Program-made: the position numbers and the translations under genes
The notes under the pieces: generated by a model
Database searches by the model: none
Told to the model about the DNA's origin: nothing
The model's input: the letters and a program-made list of their open reading frames with translations, nothing else
In this document: piece by piece, positions 30,451 to 42,844 of the stretch
Numbering within the stretch: the first letter of the stretch is position 1
Layout of the letters: each line of letters begins with the position of its first letter
Assembly (NCBI GenBank): GCA_918797485.1
Contig: CAKKNE010000006.1
Span: 1,550,001-1,614,000 of the forward strand
Direction of reading: 5' to 3'
Length of the DNA stretch: 64,000 nucleotides
Source: Pelagomonas calceolata
Lineage: Eukaryota

Positions 30451-31722
30451 CTAGGACGACGCGCGCGGCCGCGGCTTCGCCGCGCGCGGCCCCGTCGGGA
30501 TGATCTCCCCGCCCGCGTCCGCCAGCTCCCTTTCAAAATACGCGATCGTCTCGGCCAACCCTCTAGCGACGCTCCACTTCGGCCGCCAGCCGATATGCGT
30601 CTCCGCCGTCGTGATCACGGGCTTGCGCTGTTTCGGATCGTCCTGGTTCGACGGCAGTCTGACAATGCGCGACGAAGATTTCGTCAGCCGCTTGATGGTG
30701 GCCGCGAAGTCGCCGACCGTGTACTCGTCGGGATTGCCCAGGTTGACTGGTAATGAATAATTCGAGTTCATGAGCGCGTGCAAGCCGTCCACCAAGTCAT
30801 CCACGAACTGGAACGAGCGCGTCTGGGAGCCGTCGCCATACAGCGTGATATCTTTGTTCTGCAAGGCTTGGATGATGAAATTCGACACAACTCGCCCATC
30901 GTTCGGGTGCATGCGTCTCCCAAAGGTGTTGAAGATCCTCGCCACTCTCACCTCAACCCCACCCTGCCGCTGGTAGGCGTACATCATCGTCTCCGCGACG
31001 CGCTTGCCCTCGTCGTAACAGGCTCTCGGTCCTATGGTATTCACGTGGCCCCAGTACGATTCCGGTTGCGGGTGGACCTCGGGGTCGCCGTAGATCTCCG
31101 ATGTTGATGCTAATAATATTCTAGCTTTGACTCGTTTCGCCAAGCCCAACATATTAAGAGTACCCTCGGTACTTGTTTTGATGGTTTTTATGGGGTTGTA
31201 CTGGTAATGTGGGGGAGAAGCGGGACAGGCCAGGTGATAAATCTGGTCGACCTCGAGCATGACCGGTTCTACTACATCACCTATAACTAGATTGAAATTC
31301 GGGTGCCCGAGCCAGTGCTCGATATTTTTTTTCCGTCCCGTAAACAAGTTGTCCAGTACTGTGACCTCGTGGCCTTCTCGCATCAATTTATCTACCAAGT
31401 TGCTACCAACAAACCCGGCGCCGCCCGTAATGAGCACTCTCAGCTTCTTCGTGCTGTGTAATTTCTTGACCGGGGGGTAGCCGGTGGCTCCTCCTCTCGT
31501 AGCTTGCGCGCGCATCGCCGCGACCTCTTCGACCACGGCCGATTTCACGACGCCCTGGATGACGTGCTCCGTGACGGGTCCATCCTGTACCGTACTGGGA
31601 GTGTGGAGGGCCGTCGTGAGCAAAAAAATGAGAATCGCTGCGATGCCCAACGCAGGTATTGGTCTTAGAATTATAGACTGCTTGAGGCGGCGGCACTCGC
31701 CGCCGGGGCCATGCTCGTCCAT
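30451..31722 (-). CDS. UXS1: UDP-glucuronate decarboxylase (UDP-xylose synthase), type-II membrane form
   Basis: ITGGAGFVGS, IYHLACPASP, ASTSEIYG, YDEGKR and RIFNTFG. N-terminal TM helix. Confidence 0.97.
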   Translation of the reverse strand: MDEHGPGGECRRLKQSIILRPIPALGIAAILIFLLTTALHTPSTVQDGPVTEHVIQGVVKSAVVEEVAAMRAQATRGGATGYPPVKKLHSTKKLRVLITGGAGFVGSNLVDKLMREGHEVTVLDNLFTGRKKNIEHWLGHPNFNLVIGDVVEPVMLEVDQIYHLACPASPPHYQYNPIKTIKTSTEGTLNMLGLAKRVKARILLASTSEIYGDPEVHPQPESYWGHVNTIGPRACYDEGKRVAETMMYAYQRQGGVEVRVARIFNTFGRRMHPNDGRVVSNFIIQALQNKDITLYGDGSQTRSFQFVDDLVDGLHALMNSNYSLPVNLGNPDEYTVGDFAATIKRLTKSSSRIVRLPSNQDDPKQRKPVITTAETHIGWRPKWSVARGLAETIAYFERELADAGGEIIPTGPRAAKPRPRASS

Positions 31723-32178
31723 GGCCGTGGTGGCGGCGTTTTTTGCGCGGGCCGCGCTGCTCGACAGCTCGGCCTGACGGCTCCTAGATTGGCTCCCAGC
31801 GGTGGTTTGCTGCTTGGCGGCTGCGCGCGCCTAGGTATCGCTGCGCGTGCTGGCCGGTCGTTACCAAGCGTGTGCACGTCTATGGCTGCTGCCGATTTAG
31901 GATGCCCAAGCTATTTTTTTTTGTGTGCTCGAGGCTGGGTGATGGTTCGCCTGCGATCCGTCGCCAGGCGCTTCGCGAGGGGTCCTCGTCGCCCGCTACG
32001 GCTGCGCCGCCCCTGTGGCTAGTACGTATAGCTAGTGCATGCTCTTAATCAGCATCAAGCTTGTCACCCCGCAACTCTGCGCACGCGTCACGAGCGTTGA
32101 CTTACTCAGCACCGGCGCATTGCTGCGCCCATCTACTCACAGAGTACTTGGTGTGCTTTGCAGCACACGGCATCCACC

Positions 32179-33411
32179 ATGCGCCGCCTCCTCGCGGTCC
32201 TAGCAGCAACGCATGCCCTTGACATGAAACAAGCGCCGCGGCGCATGCTCAGGAATGCCCTGGGCAACACGGCGGCGGCCCTCGGCGCGGCGTCCCTCGT
32301 CCTCCACCCGCTGCCTTCACTCGCGGCGAAGCCCTCGAACGCCGCGAGTAGTGCTGGCTCGCGCGTCAACAAGGACCCCCAGTCGCTACTGCGGAACGGC
32401 CTGCCTATTGATGGACAGATCGGCTCGGCCACCAAAAAAATGGACGTGCGGCAGCTCCAATCGGCTGTGGAGCTGCTCGGCGACGATTTGAAGGTCAAAA
32501 GAATTTCGGCGGCGAAGAACGACGTCCAGAAGGCCGCTACTATCTTGAATTCGAAAGCCAAGGACATCGCCAAGGGCAACGGTGATATCGCGAAGTTGCT
32601 GGACGAAGTAAGAACCAACTTGGACGCCTTACCGGCCATCCTGGCGGACACGGGACCCGCCGGAAGCCCGCAGGAGCGCGAGTCGCTCGATAAGGCTGGT
32701 GCCGCGCAGCAGCGCTGTGCTTCCTTGATAGGTTCTGCAGAAGCTAGGTTAGTACCTCCAGGCTTCAAATATTCAACACCGGACGAGTACAAGGGCGTCC
32801 CCCGCCTCGATACGAGAGCGCGCGTCCGCTTCACTTTACGAAAAGCGGACAAATCCGACACGTTCAAAGTCAACGGCCAAGGCTACAGTAAAGCTGTTAT
32901 TGATATGATTGTGGACGGCTATACCACACCTTTGACGTCCGGGAACTTTGTCGACTTGGTGAAGAAGGGCTTCTATGATGGCATGGCCATCCAGCGGTCG
33001 GATGGCTTCGTCGTGCAGACGGGCGACCCCGATGGGCCCGACGGGCCGTTGGTGGGCTACGGCGACCCGGTGAGGAGGGTACCGCTCGAGCTGTTTGTGG
33101 ATGGGGACAAGGCGCCGACCTACGGCGAGACGACGGAGGAAGGCTCTAGGGGAGGGGCGGCCACAGTATTACCGTTCCAGGCGTACGGCGCTTTGGGCAT
33201 GGCGCGCGACGAGTACGAGGCCGACTCGGCCTCAAGCCAATTCTTCTGGCTGCTCTTCGACTCGGACCTGACGCCGGCGGGCAAGAATTTGTTAGATGGG
33301 CGCTACGCGTGTTTTGGGTATTCCGTGGAGGGCGAGGACTTCCTCGGCGCGGTGCAGGAGGGCGACGTCATCGAGTCTGCAAAAGTGCTGGGCGTGGGCA
33401 TCGACCCCTAG
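32179..33411 (+). CDS. CYP38: Thylakoid-lumen cyclophilin CYP38/TLP40-like
   Basis: KDPQSLLRNGLP, DGYTTPLTSGNFVDLV, IQRSDGFVVQTGDP, SSQFFWLL and LDGRYACFG. Signal plus twin-Arg-like lumen presequence. Confidence 0.9.
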   Translation: MRRLLAVLAATHALDMKQAPRRMLRNALGNTAAALGAASLVLHPLPSLAAKPSNAASSAGSRVNKDPQSLLRNGLPIDGQIGSATKKMDVRQLQSAVELLGDDLKVKRISAAKNDVQKAATILNSKAKDIAKGNGDIAKLLDEVRTNLDALPAILADTGPAGSPQERESLDKAGAAQQRCASLIGSAEARLVPPGFKYSTPDEYKGVPRLDTRARVRFTLRKADKSDTFKVNGQGYSKAVIDMIVDGYTTPLTSGNFVDLVKKGFYDGMAIQRSDGFVVQTGDPDGPDGPLVGYGDPVRRVPLELFVDGDKAPTYGETTEEGSRGGAATVLPFQAYGALGMARDEYEADSASSQFFWLLFDSDLTPAGKNLLDGRYACFGYSVEGEDFLGAVQEGDVIESAKVLGVGIDP

Positions 33412-33483
33412 GTGGCGCGTAAGGAGCGCGTGGCGGATTCCCTACCTAGCGAGTCATTATGTGAACATTAGTCTAGTAGAGAG

Positions 33484-33863
33484 CTAGGTTGGCATTTACC
33501 TGAGGGGTTATTTACCCCAGGCGCCGGCCGGGGGTAATTACCCGGGTAATTACCGGTGAGTACGGGTTATTTACCCCGGGATCTTATAGAGGGGGAGGGG
33601 GAGGGGGCCTCGCGGGCCACTGGCGCGGGCCTGGGCCGCGCCGGACCACATGACTTGGTACTTGCCTTGGCGCACCTGTACGTATCCAAAAGCTCAACGG
33701 GCTGCTTGCGCCCATCCGCTCGCCCGGAGGGGTCTTCGCTAATCGCACTAACGGGTTTAGTCGAAAACCCGTCGGGTAATTTACCGGGTTATTTACCCCA
33801 GATCCCCTCCGAGGAGTGATAATGGGTAAATTACCGGTTATTAACCGGTTAATGCCAACCTAG
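33484..33863. mobile_element. Non-autonomous DNA transposon (MITE), hAT-like, 380 bp
   Basis: TIR ctaggttggcatttacc (33484-33500) / ggttaatgccaacctag (33847-33863), 1 mismatch. The 8-bp TSD GTAGAGAG lies at 33476-33483 and 33864-33871. Clustered subterminal GGGTWATTTACCC-type motifs at both ends. No transposase. Confidence 0.92.
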
Positions 33864-33876
33864 GTAGAGAGCAAAC

Positions 33877-36069
<2,193 letters not shown>

Positions 36070-36223
36070 TCAGCCGTTCGCTGCGTCCGCGATGCCTGCA
36101 CCGTGTATGCCTGCTTGCGGCTGCTCACGTCGCGCGCAATGTCGCTGCACTTGACGCTCTCCGGGCGATTTGCGACGAGGGGGTTAGTCCCTAGTCCCCA
36201 TAAGCTCCCCCCCACTTGACGCC

Positions 36224-36255
36224 GCTAGCGGCCTGTACTTCAGGTAAGACACTAG
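36224..36255 (-). promoter_or_regulatory. Recurrent upstream motif (copy 4, minus strand, interrupted)
   Basis: The reverse complement reads ctagtgtcttac-ctgaagt-acaggccgctagc, starting 228 bp upstream of the PRP43 ATG. Confidence 0.45.
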
Positions 36256-36326
36256 GCCCAAGCCAGAGCTGTGAGAAGCGCGAGGGCAACACGGAACGCA
36301 TCGTTAAGGCATATAATACACTATAC

Positions 36327-39200
36327 TTACACCTTCAACCTCGCGACCCCCCGCAAGACCCCGCCGCCCGCGCACGCCTCGAGCGAGTCCGCGAGGCCCT
36401 CGTACAAGACTCGCGCCTTCGCGACGTTCTCCTCGCTGTTGACGTCGTGCTTCCCACCAAGATACCGCTCCAGCGCCGCCGACGACACGCGCGCGAAGCT
36501 GTGCAGCGGTAGCGTGGGCGGCGCCTCGTCGCTCGTCTCGAGCGGCACGAAGGGCGTCCCCGGCGAGACCTGGACTTCCACCGAATACCGGCCCTCGGCG
36601 TTCGTATCGTACGACGTGTCCTCCCACAACCGGAAGACCACATGCGACAAATACGACAGCTCTGGCACGGCCGAGAGCCACCGCCGCCCCGCATCATCAA
36701 CGACGGACTCCGTGCCGTGCTCGTTGAGCCGCAGCGCGTCCAACAGCGCGTGCAAGTGCGACTCGGACGTGAAATAGAGTCGAGACCGGACCGCGCGCCA
36801 GTGCGACTTGATTTCAGAGTCCGCCAGGTGCTCGGGGTGGTCGTCCAGCTGGAAATGGAGGCCCGAGTCCTCCGTGTCGCCGCGCGCCGTCCGCAGGTCG
36901 AAGGAGATCTTATCTAGCAACGCACGACTAACGTGCCACGCCGCCTGCCTTCTGGGTTCCGCCGCACTCCCAAATTCTAAAGGCGCCACCGCTTGAGACA
37001 AGGTAGAGGCCTTCTTCACGAGCACGCCGAACCCAGCATCAAAAGATAACGTAAGAGCATTATGTCTAGCGTCGAAGCGCAGCTTGTCGAAAATCTCCGG
37101 AATCTTCGACAGGTCGTACGCCTTTTGGTCGTAGAACTCCTTGCGGATGCACTTCCACGAATCCAACCAGACGCCGAAGCTCTCGCCCATGTACAGTTGT
37201 TCAGTGCACGGTTTTTGCGAGACCTTCTCGATGAACGAACTCATCTCATCGTACAAGTCCCGCAAAGCCCGCAGGGGGTTGCCCAAATCTCTAAGAGCTC
37301 TCAGGACAGAGTCCGGACCGTCGGGCGCGATGAACCTTCGACGTTGCGCGAATTTCGAGTCACTGGAAGCGGCGTCCTCGTCGTCCGAGTCGGGGCCTCG
37401 TAACTCGACGTCGACCTGAAAACACCTCGACACGTGGGCCTTCGACAAAGCGAGCAATTCCTGGGCCTCGTGGTTGCCCGCGCGGTCGAGCATGTGCACG
37501 TCCGAGCGCCCGCGATGAATCAAAGACACGAGAATAGGCGAGATCTCGCCCTCCAATTCTAACAATCCTTTGGTGAAGGCCGCGCCCGTCTTCATGACCC
37601 GACCTTCGTCCGAGGTTCTTATTTTCAAGTCATGCCTAAAAGTCGCATGCAATCTCAAGAGACCTTGGCCGCCCGTCGTCGGGTACATATGACGTCTGAA
37701 ATGCGCGCCGAGCGCCGTCGCGTGCTGCGCACCTAACTCCGTGAGGACGCCGCCCCACTTGAGGACGACCTGGACCTCTGTTGTCTCGTCGTCCTCCCAC
37801 TTGAGGGGCTTGAGCTGCAGCTTGCAGCCCGAGAAGAAGACGCCGCCCAGCAGCTCCTCTTCGTCGTCGAGTTTGTGCGACTTGAGCACCTCCCGGATCT
37901 TGCGGAACGCGTCGATGTCGTCCTTCAGCAAGATAGCTTTGAGGGTCGAAGAAAACGCCCGCAGATCTTTCGACTCTTTGAGCTTGACCTCCTTCTTGGG
38001 CGTCTTGCACCTATCCCTATGGATCTGGACGATTGAAGGGTGAGTCGTCTTGACCTTCAGTTTTCGTTTCGGCGTCCTATCCCCATGGCGGACGACCGCG
38101 ATGACGCATCTTAACTCTCTTCGGGACGGCGCCAAGCCCGAGGGCGACTGCGGTCTGCTACATATCTTTGGTGGACTTGGAGGCAGTTCTCGGGGCGGCG
38201 GCCGCATGTCCACGATGCGGCCGTCCCTACCCCGTAAAATCGCCGCCAACAACGCCGCGCAATCATCATAATACTTCCTACTCTTCTTCACGAAGGACCA
38301 GCCGTTCACGTCGCAAACGAGACACGCCCCATCATGTGTTCGTAATATGTCGAACCCGCACACAGTTTGTCTAAAAGCGTGGTAGATCTTGAAGGCTACA
38401 TCTTTCTCGACCCATGATAATATCACGGGATACCTTAGTTCTTTACCATCAGCACCTCTCAAAACAACCCCATCTAAGGTAGGGGACTTCCGCGCTTCCG
38501 CGTGGCCGTAATAAGGCCCGACGCTATACACCTTGACATCGGTACCTTGCGTGTCCACGAACTCCTCGTACAAATAACTCCCTTCCCGTCTTATCGAGTG
38601 TAGATCAGGTTCGTACTTCGAGCTTTGATTACCAACTTTCCGAAACAGTCGCTTGCAGCCGCCGCCCGCACTGGTAGGATAGTAGACCCGAATATTATGA
38701 TCATCGGAATCCACGGGCTTCTCGACGAAGGGCTTCTCGATCTTCACGCCGTCGATGATTATGGCGTCATCTAGCTCCTCGATTTTTTGCTCCACGTCCC
38801 TATCCCTATTGACGCAGACGTGTCTGGGGGTTGGGACGCCCGCCCTGGCTAGCGTCGCATAGACCAGCCGCCGATCTCGCAACAAATGCTGCCTTCGTAA
38901 ATCGTTGACCACGAAGGGCTTTCTGAGTTTGGCGTATTGGATCGCCTTGTCCAGCGGAAAGCCCGACGAATGGAACGCGATCAGACACTCGACGACGGGC
39001 CACGCCTCGACGGCCGCCTCCAGAATCACCGACTCCTCGAAAATCACGATTTCGAACGCGTCGCCCGGCAGCCGACTCAGGATCTCGCGCATGGGCTTCG
39101 ACTGCGTCTTCTTGGCCATGGCGCAGACACCCAGGGTCGTGCGCTTCGGCGTCGCGAGGCGCGGCGGCGGCCGCGGCGCCGCGTCGGGCGTCGCGGGCAT
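36327..39200 (-). CDS. VIP1: Inositol-pyrophosphate synthase PPIP5K/Vip1 (ATP-grasp kinase + histidine acid phosphatase-like domain)
   Basis: GVCAMAKK..SKPM, FVEKPV..DDHN, GTDVKVY, HAEARKSP, DVNGWSFVK, RHGDRTP, KWGG and RLYFTSESH. Confidence 0.97.
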   Translation of the reverse strand: MPATPDAAPRPPPRLATPKRTTLGVCAMAKKTQSKPMREILSRLPGDAFEIVIFEESVILEAAVEAWPVVECLIAFHSSGFPLDKAIQYAKLRKPFVVNDLRRQHLLRDRRLVYATLARAGVPTPRHVCVNRDRDVEQKIEELDDAIIIDGVKIEKPFVEKPVDSDDHNIRVYYPTSAGGGCKRLFRKVGNQSSKYEPDLHSIRREGSYLYEEFVDTQGTDVKVYSVGPYYGHAEARKSPTLDGVVLRGADGKELRYPVILSWVEKDVAFKIYHAFRQTVCGFDILRTHDGACLVCDVNGWSFVKKSRKYYDDCAALLAAILRGRDGRIVDMRPPPRELPPSPPKICSRPQSPSGLAPSRRELRCVIAVVRHGDRTPKRKLKVKTTHPSIVQIHRDRCKTPKKEVKLKESKDLRAFSSTLKAILLKDDIDAFRKIREVLKSHKLDDEEELLGGVFFSGCKLQLKPLKWEDDETTEVQVVLKWGGVLTELGAQHATALGAHFRRHMYPTTGGQGLLRLHATFRHDLKIRTSDEGRVMKTGAAFTKGLLELEGEISPILVSLIHRGRSDVHMLDRAGNHEAQELLALSKAHVSRCFQVDVELRGPDSDDEDAASSDSKFAQRRRFIAPDGPDSVLRALRDLGNPLRALRDLYDEMSSFIEKVSQKPCTEQLYMGESFGVWLDSWKCIRKEFYDQKAYDLSKIPEIFDKLRFDARHNALTLSFDAGFGVLVKKASTLSQAVAPLEFGSAAEPRRQAAWHVSRALLDKISFDLRTARGDTEDSGLHFQLDDHPEHLADSEIKSHWRAVRSRLYFTSESHLHALLDALRLNEHGTESVVDDAGRRWLSAVPELSYLSHVVFRLWEDTSYDTNAEGRYSVEVQVSPGTPFVPLETSDEAPPTLPLHSFARVSSAALERYLGGKHDVNSEENVAKARVLYEGLADSLEACAGGGVLRGVARLKV

Positions 39201-39596
39201 GGCTCGTGACGCTGCTCTCCCAGCAGCCACTGCCTCGGCTCTGCCCAGGCGTGCGTACGAGAGTCCTTACGCGTGCCGGTACGTGTGCGTCTGAAGACCC
39301 GGACGGCTCTTTACTCGGCAGCGGCAGCAACGCCGGCAGAAAAATGAATGGCGGCGAGACTGCGCGACAATGAAAATGGGGCGAGTACTCGAGTGTGAGC
39401 TCGAGCTCTGGTACGACGGGTTTTTTTCGTAGTGGCCCGCCCACGGATGCCGGCCCAGGGACGACGCCTCGCACCGATTCAGAGCACCGCGCCTGGTAGG
39501 GAGAGCCCGGCTCCGCGGTGGCGGTGCAGCACCGAGACAACATCCGGCCGGAGAGGGAGTACAGAAGCGGTCACGAACGCTAGACAACATTCCGGC

Positions 39597-40400
39597 ATGG
39601 CCGCCCCGCTCCGAGACGCCGCCGGGCCGCCCCCGGCGCCGCCGCGCGGGGCGCTGCCGCCGGCGCCGCCGCCGGGCAGCCCCCGGCGGCGGCGGAACAC
39701 GTCTCCGGTGGCCGTCGACGAGGCGCCCCTCAACGACCTCGCGCCCGCCGGGCCGCGGCGGTCGCCGGCGGGCAGCCCGGACCGCAAGCTGGCCCTCGTG
39801 GCCGAGGTCTCGCCCGTCGACGACGCGCTCGGCGACGTCCGCGTCGCGCGCGCCGCGAAGCCCGGCCTCGCGCTCGTGCCCGAGCTCGAGCCGACGGCCG
39901 AGGCCTGGGGCGACCTCGTGGCCGGCGCCGTCGCGCCCCCGGCGCCGGGCCTGGCGCCCGTCGCCGAGGTGTCGCCCGTCGCCGACGCGCTCGGCGTCGT
40001 CGAGCGGCCGCGGGCGCGGCGGCCCGCGACGCTGCCGCTCGTGGCCGAGGTGTCGCCCGTCGACGAGGCGCTCGGCGGCGCCGCCCGCGCGGCGCCGGCG
40101 CCGCGCCGGCCGAGCCTGGACCTCGTGCCCGAGGTGTCGCCCGTCGACGACGCGCTCGGCGACGTCCGCGTCGCGCGCGCCGCGAAGCCCGGCCTCGCGC
40201 TCGTGCCCGAGCTCGAGCCGACGGCCGAGGCCTGGGGCGACGTCGCCCCCGGGCCCGCGCGCGCGCCGCGCGGCGGCCGCCTCTCGCTCGTGCCCGAGGA
40301 GCCGCCGGAGGCCCCCGCGCCGGCGCCCGCGCCGGCGCGGCGGCGGTCGAACTGCCTCCTGGATTGCCTCCGGCGGCGGCGGCGCGAGGCGTCGCCCTAG
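39597..40400 (+). CDS. Repeat protein with ~6 LxLV(A/P)E(V/L)xP units and C-terminal basic di-Cys motif
   Basis: Very GC3-biased ORF. Contains a 105-bp identical duplication at 39810-39914 / 40137-40241. Ends RRRSNCLLDCLRRRRREASP. Confidence 0.6.
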   Translation: MAAPLRDAAGPPPAPPRGALPPAPPPGSPRRRRNTSPVAVDEAPLNDLAPAGPRRSPAGSPDRKLALVAEVSPVDDALGDVRVARAAKPGLALVPELEPTAEAWGDLVAGAVAPPAPGLAPVAEVSPVADALGVVERPRARRPATLPLVAEVSPVDEALGGAARAAPAPRRPSLDLVPEVSPVDDALGDVRVARAAKPGLALVPELEPTAEAWGDVAPGPARAPRGGRLSLVPEEPPEAPAPAPAPARRRSNCLLDCLRRRRREASP

Positions 40401-40643
40401 CCCTCGGGCTGTGTTGTAATGATGAAACTTCGAATCATCACACGGCCTGTGTCTCATTCCGGGCGGCTCCCCGACATCTCCCCGACTCTCGCGAGCGGAC
40501 ACAACTTTGGATGCCTCGAGTGGCAAGGGTGCTTTTTTCGGGCTGCATCACGGCCTCAGGCGCGTTTCGGAACGATACGGCTGCCTTCGTTCGCTTCGGC
40601 ACGATACGGCTGCCTCGACGGGGGCGCGCATCGCTTCGGCACG

Positions 40644-41132
40644 ATGGAGGCGCCGCAGCGCTGCCCCCTGGCGGACGACTGGCACGGCGGTGACTCCACT
40701 GACGTCCTCGACGCCGAGGACGAAGCCGCCTATATTGCGGGGACGCGCACGCGGTTAGAAGGCGTGCCGCGGCGTCCGGATTCGCCGTCGAGCCTCGACG
40801 CGATCGCGGAAGCCGAGGAGCCGCCGGCCGCCGCCGCGCGCGAGCGACGACGGAAGAACACGCCCGTCGCCTACCGACCGCCGCCGCGCGCGACGCGGCC
40901 GCGGCCGCGCGCGCGGCCGCCGCCGCCGTCGGCCTACGAAGCGGGCCTCTCGGCGCCGCCGCTCGAGGTCGGCGGCGCCGCGCCCGGGGACCGGCCGCGC
41001 TCGCCCGAGCTCGTGGCGCTCGAGCACGTCGGCGGCGGCGGCGCCTACGACGGCGCCGAGCCCGACGACGACCGCGACCTGCCCTGGTACGCGGCGCTCA
41101 CGAGCTGCACGGGCTGCACGGGCTACTACTAG
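40644..41132 (+). CDS. Hypothetical low-complexity protein
   Basis: GC3-biased ORF from MEAPQR, ending WYAALTSCTGCTGYY. Confidence 0.5.
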   Translation: MEAPQRCPLADDWHGGDSTDVLDAEDEAAYIAGTRTRLEGVPRRPDSPSSLDAIAEAEEPPAAAARERRRKNTPVAYRPPPRATRPRPRARPPPPSAYEAGLSAPPLEVGGAAPGDRPRSPELVALEHVGGGGAYDGAEPDDDRDLPWYAALTSCTGCTGYY

Positions 41133-41408
41133 CGGCGCGGCGGGCGCCAGTCGCGGCATAAGCTATCATCTCGAAGCTCTTCACAAGCTCCTCACTCGGG
41201 TATATATGAAAATCCGTTGTACCGTTCTCTTGCTGCTATTTGAGTAGGAGCTTGTTCCTTTTTTTAGGTCATCCTTACTTTATATATATTGATTTATATG
41301 TCCGCATCCCACGCGACTACGGGATGTGTGCTGCTACTGCGGTAGGACCCGCACTCACTATTTTGAGCCCGCGGCCCACCGGACGAAGCGGGGCAGCCCT
41401 ACGCCAAC

Positions 41409-42659
41409 ATGGGCTCGCTCCGGCCGGGCCCGCGCGACGCCGGCGACGTGCAGCTCGGGGGCAGCCACGCCAGCTGGGGCGGCGAGTGCGTGCTCGGGGG
41501 CCTCGTGTGCTACGACTACGGGCTGGACGAGGGCTCGGTGCAGAACGTGGCGGCGGCGCTCTTCGTGGGGCTGGTGGTGGCGTGGGCCGTGGCCATCTTC
41601 GCGTCCTACGCGAGCCGGCGGGGCGCGCGGAGCGACATGGGCTACTACTTCTCGGCGGGGTGCCTGCTCGGCCTGGTCTGCGTGCAGTGGTACTACGTCT
41701 TCCTCGCGGCGAACCACGCGCCGCCGTCGGTCATGCCCGCGCACACGCGGCGCTACGACTGCGAGCGGAGCCGCAAGGGCGGCAAGCGCTCGACCGTGGA
41801 CCGGCTGAACCCCGCGGGCGGGACCGTGAACCCGTGCTTCTGCCACCCCTACGCGCGGTGCGTCGACCACGCCACGGGCCGCGTCTACCACGCGGGCGAC
41901 GGGACGCCCGCGGCCGTCCCGTGCCCGGCCGACGGCTCGGCGTACTGCCAGGAGCTCGACGGCCGGTTCGTGCCCCACTGGATCCACGAGCGCGGGACCC
42001 AGCCGACGGACCGGGACTGCCGCCACGGCCGCGGCGCCGCGTGCACGGCGCGGGACCCCTGCACGCCGTGCGAGGCCGAGGACGCCGCGCTGGACCCCCA
42101 CGCGGGCTACTGCTCGGTCTGCACGGCCGACGATCGGGGCAAGTGCCTTTTCACGCAGGGCGTCGGGCCTTACTGCAAGGATGGGCACGGCGGCGTCAGG
42201 CCGTGCGAGACGTGCTGCACGGCGCCGCGCCAGGTCATCGTCGACTCGCACGTCTGGGCGGGGCGCGCCGGCGAGGAGAGCGTCTTCCGGACGGTCAAGC
42301 GGTGCGCCTACGCCGTGCACCCGAAGTGGCGGCCATCGTTCTGCAAGAAGACGCCCGCCGAGACGTGCGAGCTCGCGGGCGCCGTCACGGCGCTGGCCCA
42401 GGAGGCGGACCCGCGGGCGCGGGACGAGTGCGAGACGGTCCGGTCGACGCGCGTCGTCGCGACGGAGCCCTGGCCCCCCCGCGGGCCGGACCATTACAGG
42501 ATCGTGCTCGCGTCGTCCGAGGTCCTCATGGACCTGACGCGGCACGGGCCGGGCAACGCGACGGCGGTCATCGCGGCGTGCGCGGGGGGGCTCCCGGCGA
42601 CGCCGGCGCCGGCGCCCTCGCCGGAGCCGACGCCGGCGCTCGGCGACCTGGACACGTAG
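41409..42659 (+). CDS. Two-TM membrane protein with large Cys-rich domain
   Basis: Two hydrophobic helices followed by ~20 Cys (CFCHPYARC, CTARDPCTPC, CETCC). Strong GC3 bias in this frame. Confidence 0.7.
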   Translation: MGSLRPGPRDAGDVQLGGSHASWGGECVLGGLVCYDYGLDEGSVQNVAAALFVGLVVAWAVAIFASYASRRGARSDMGYYFSAGCLLGLVCVQWYYVFLAANHAPPSVMPAHTRRYDCERSRKGGKRSTVDRLNPAGGTVNPCFCHPYARCVDHATGRVYHAGDGTPAAVPCPADGSAYCQELDGRFVPHWIHERGTQPTDRDCRHGRGAACTARDPCTPCEAEDAALDPHAGYCSVCTADDRGKCLFTQGVGPYCKDGHGGVRPCETCCTAPRQVIVDSHVWAGRAGEESVFRTVKRCAYAVHPKWRPSFCKKTPAETCELAGAVTALAQEADPRARDECETVRSTRVVATEPWPPRGPDHYRIVLASSEVLMDLTRHGPGNATAVIAACAGGLPATPAPAPSPEPTPALGDLDT

Positions 42660-42844
42660 CGGCGTAAGTTCCCCCCCCCATCCCTCCGGGAGCTCATTGT
42701 AGTGCCGACTAACTGGAGAGGCGCCGCGTTTCCCCGACATCTGCGGGCGTGGGATCTGCGACTCTAGACAGGATGGTGAATTTATTTAGATACGAGCCGG
42801 GGACGGAACGCGCGGCGCGAAGGAAAGCGGCGTCCCGCGGGCGC

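Noticed and set aside
33556..33819. 87-aa ORF inside the MITE
   Set aside because: It has a non-ATG start, no transposase motifs, and is made partly of subterminal repeats.
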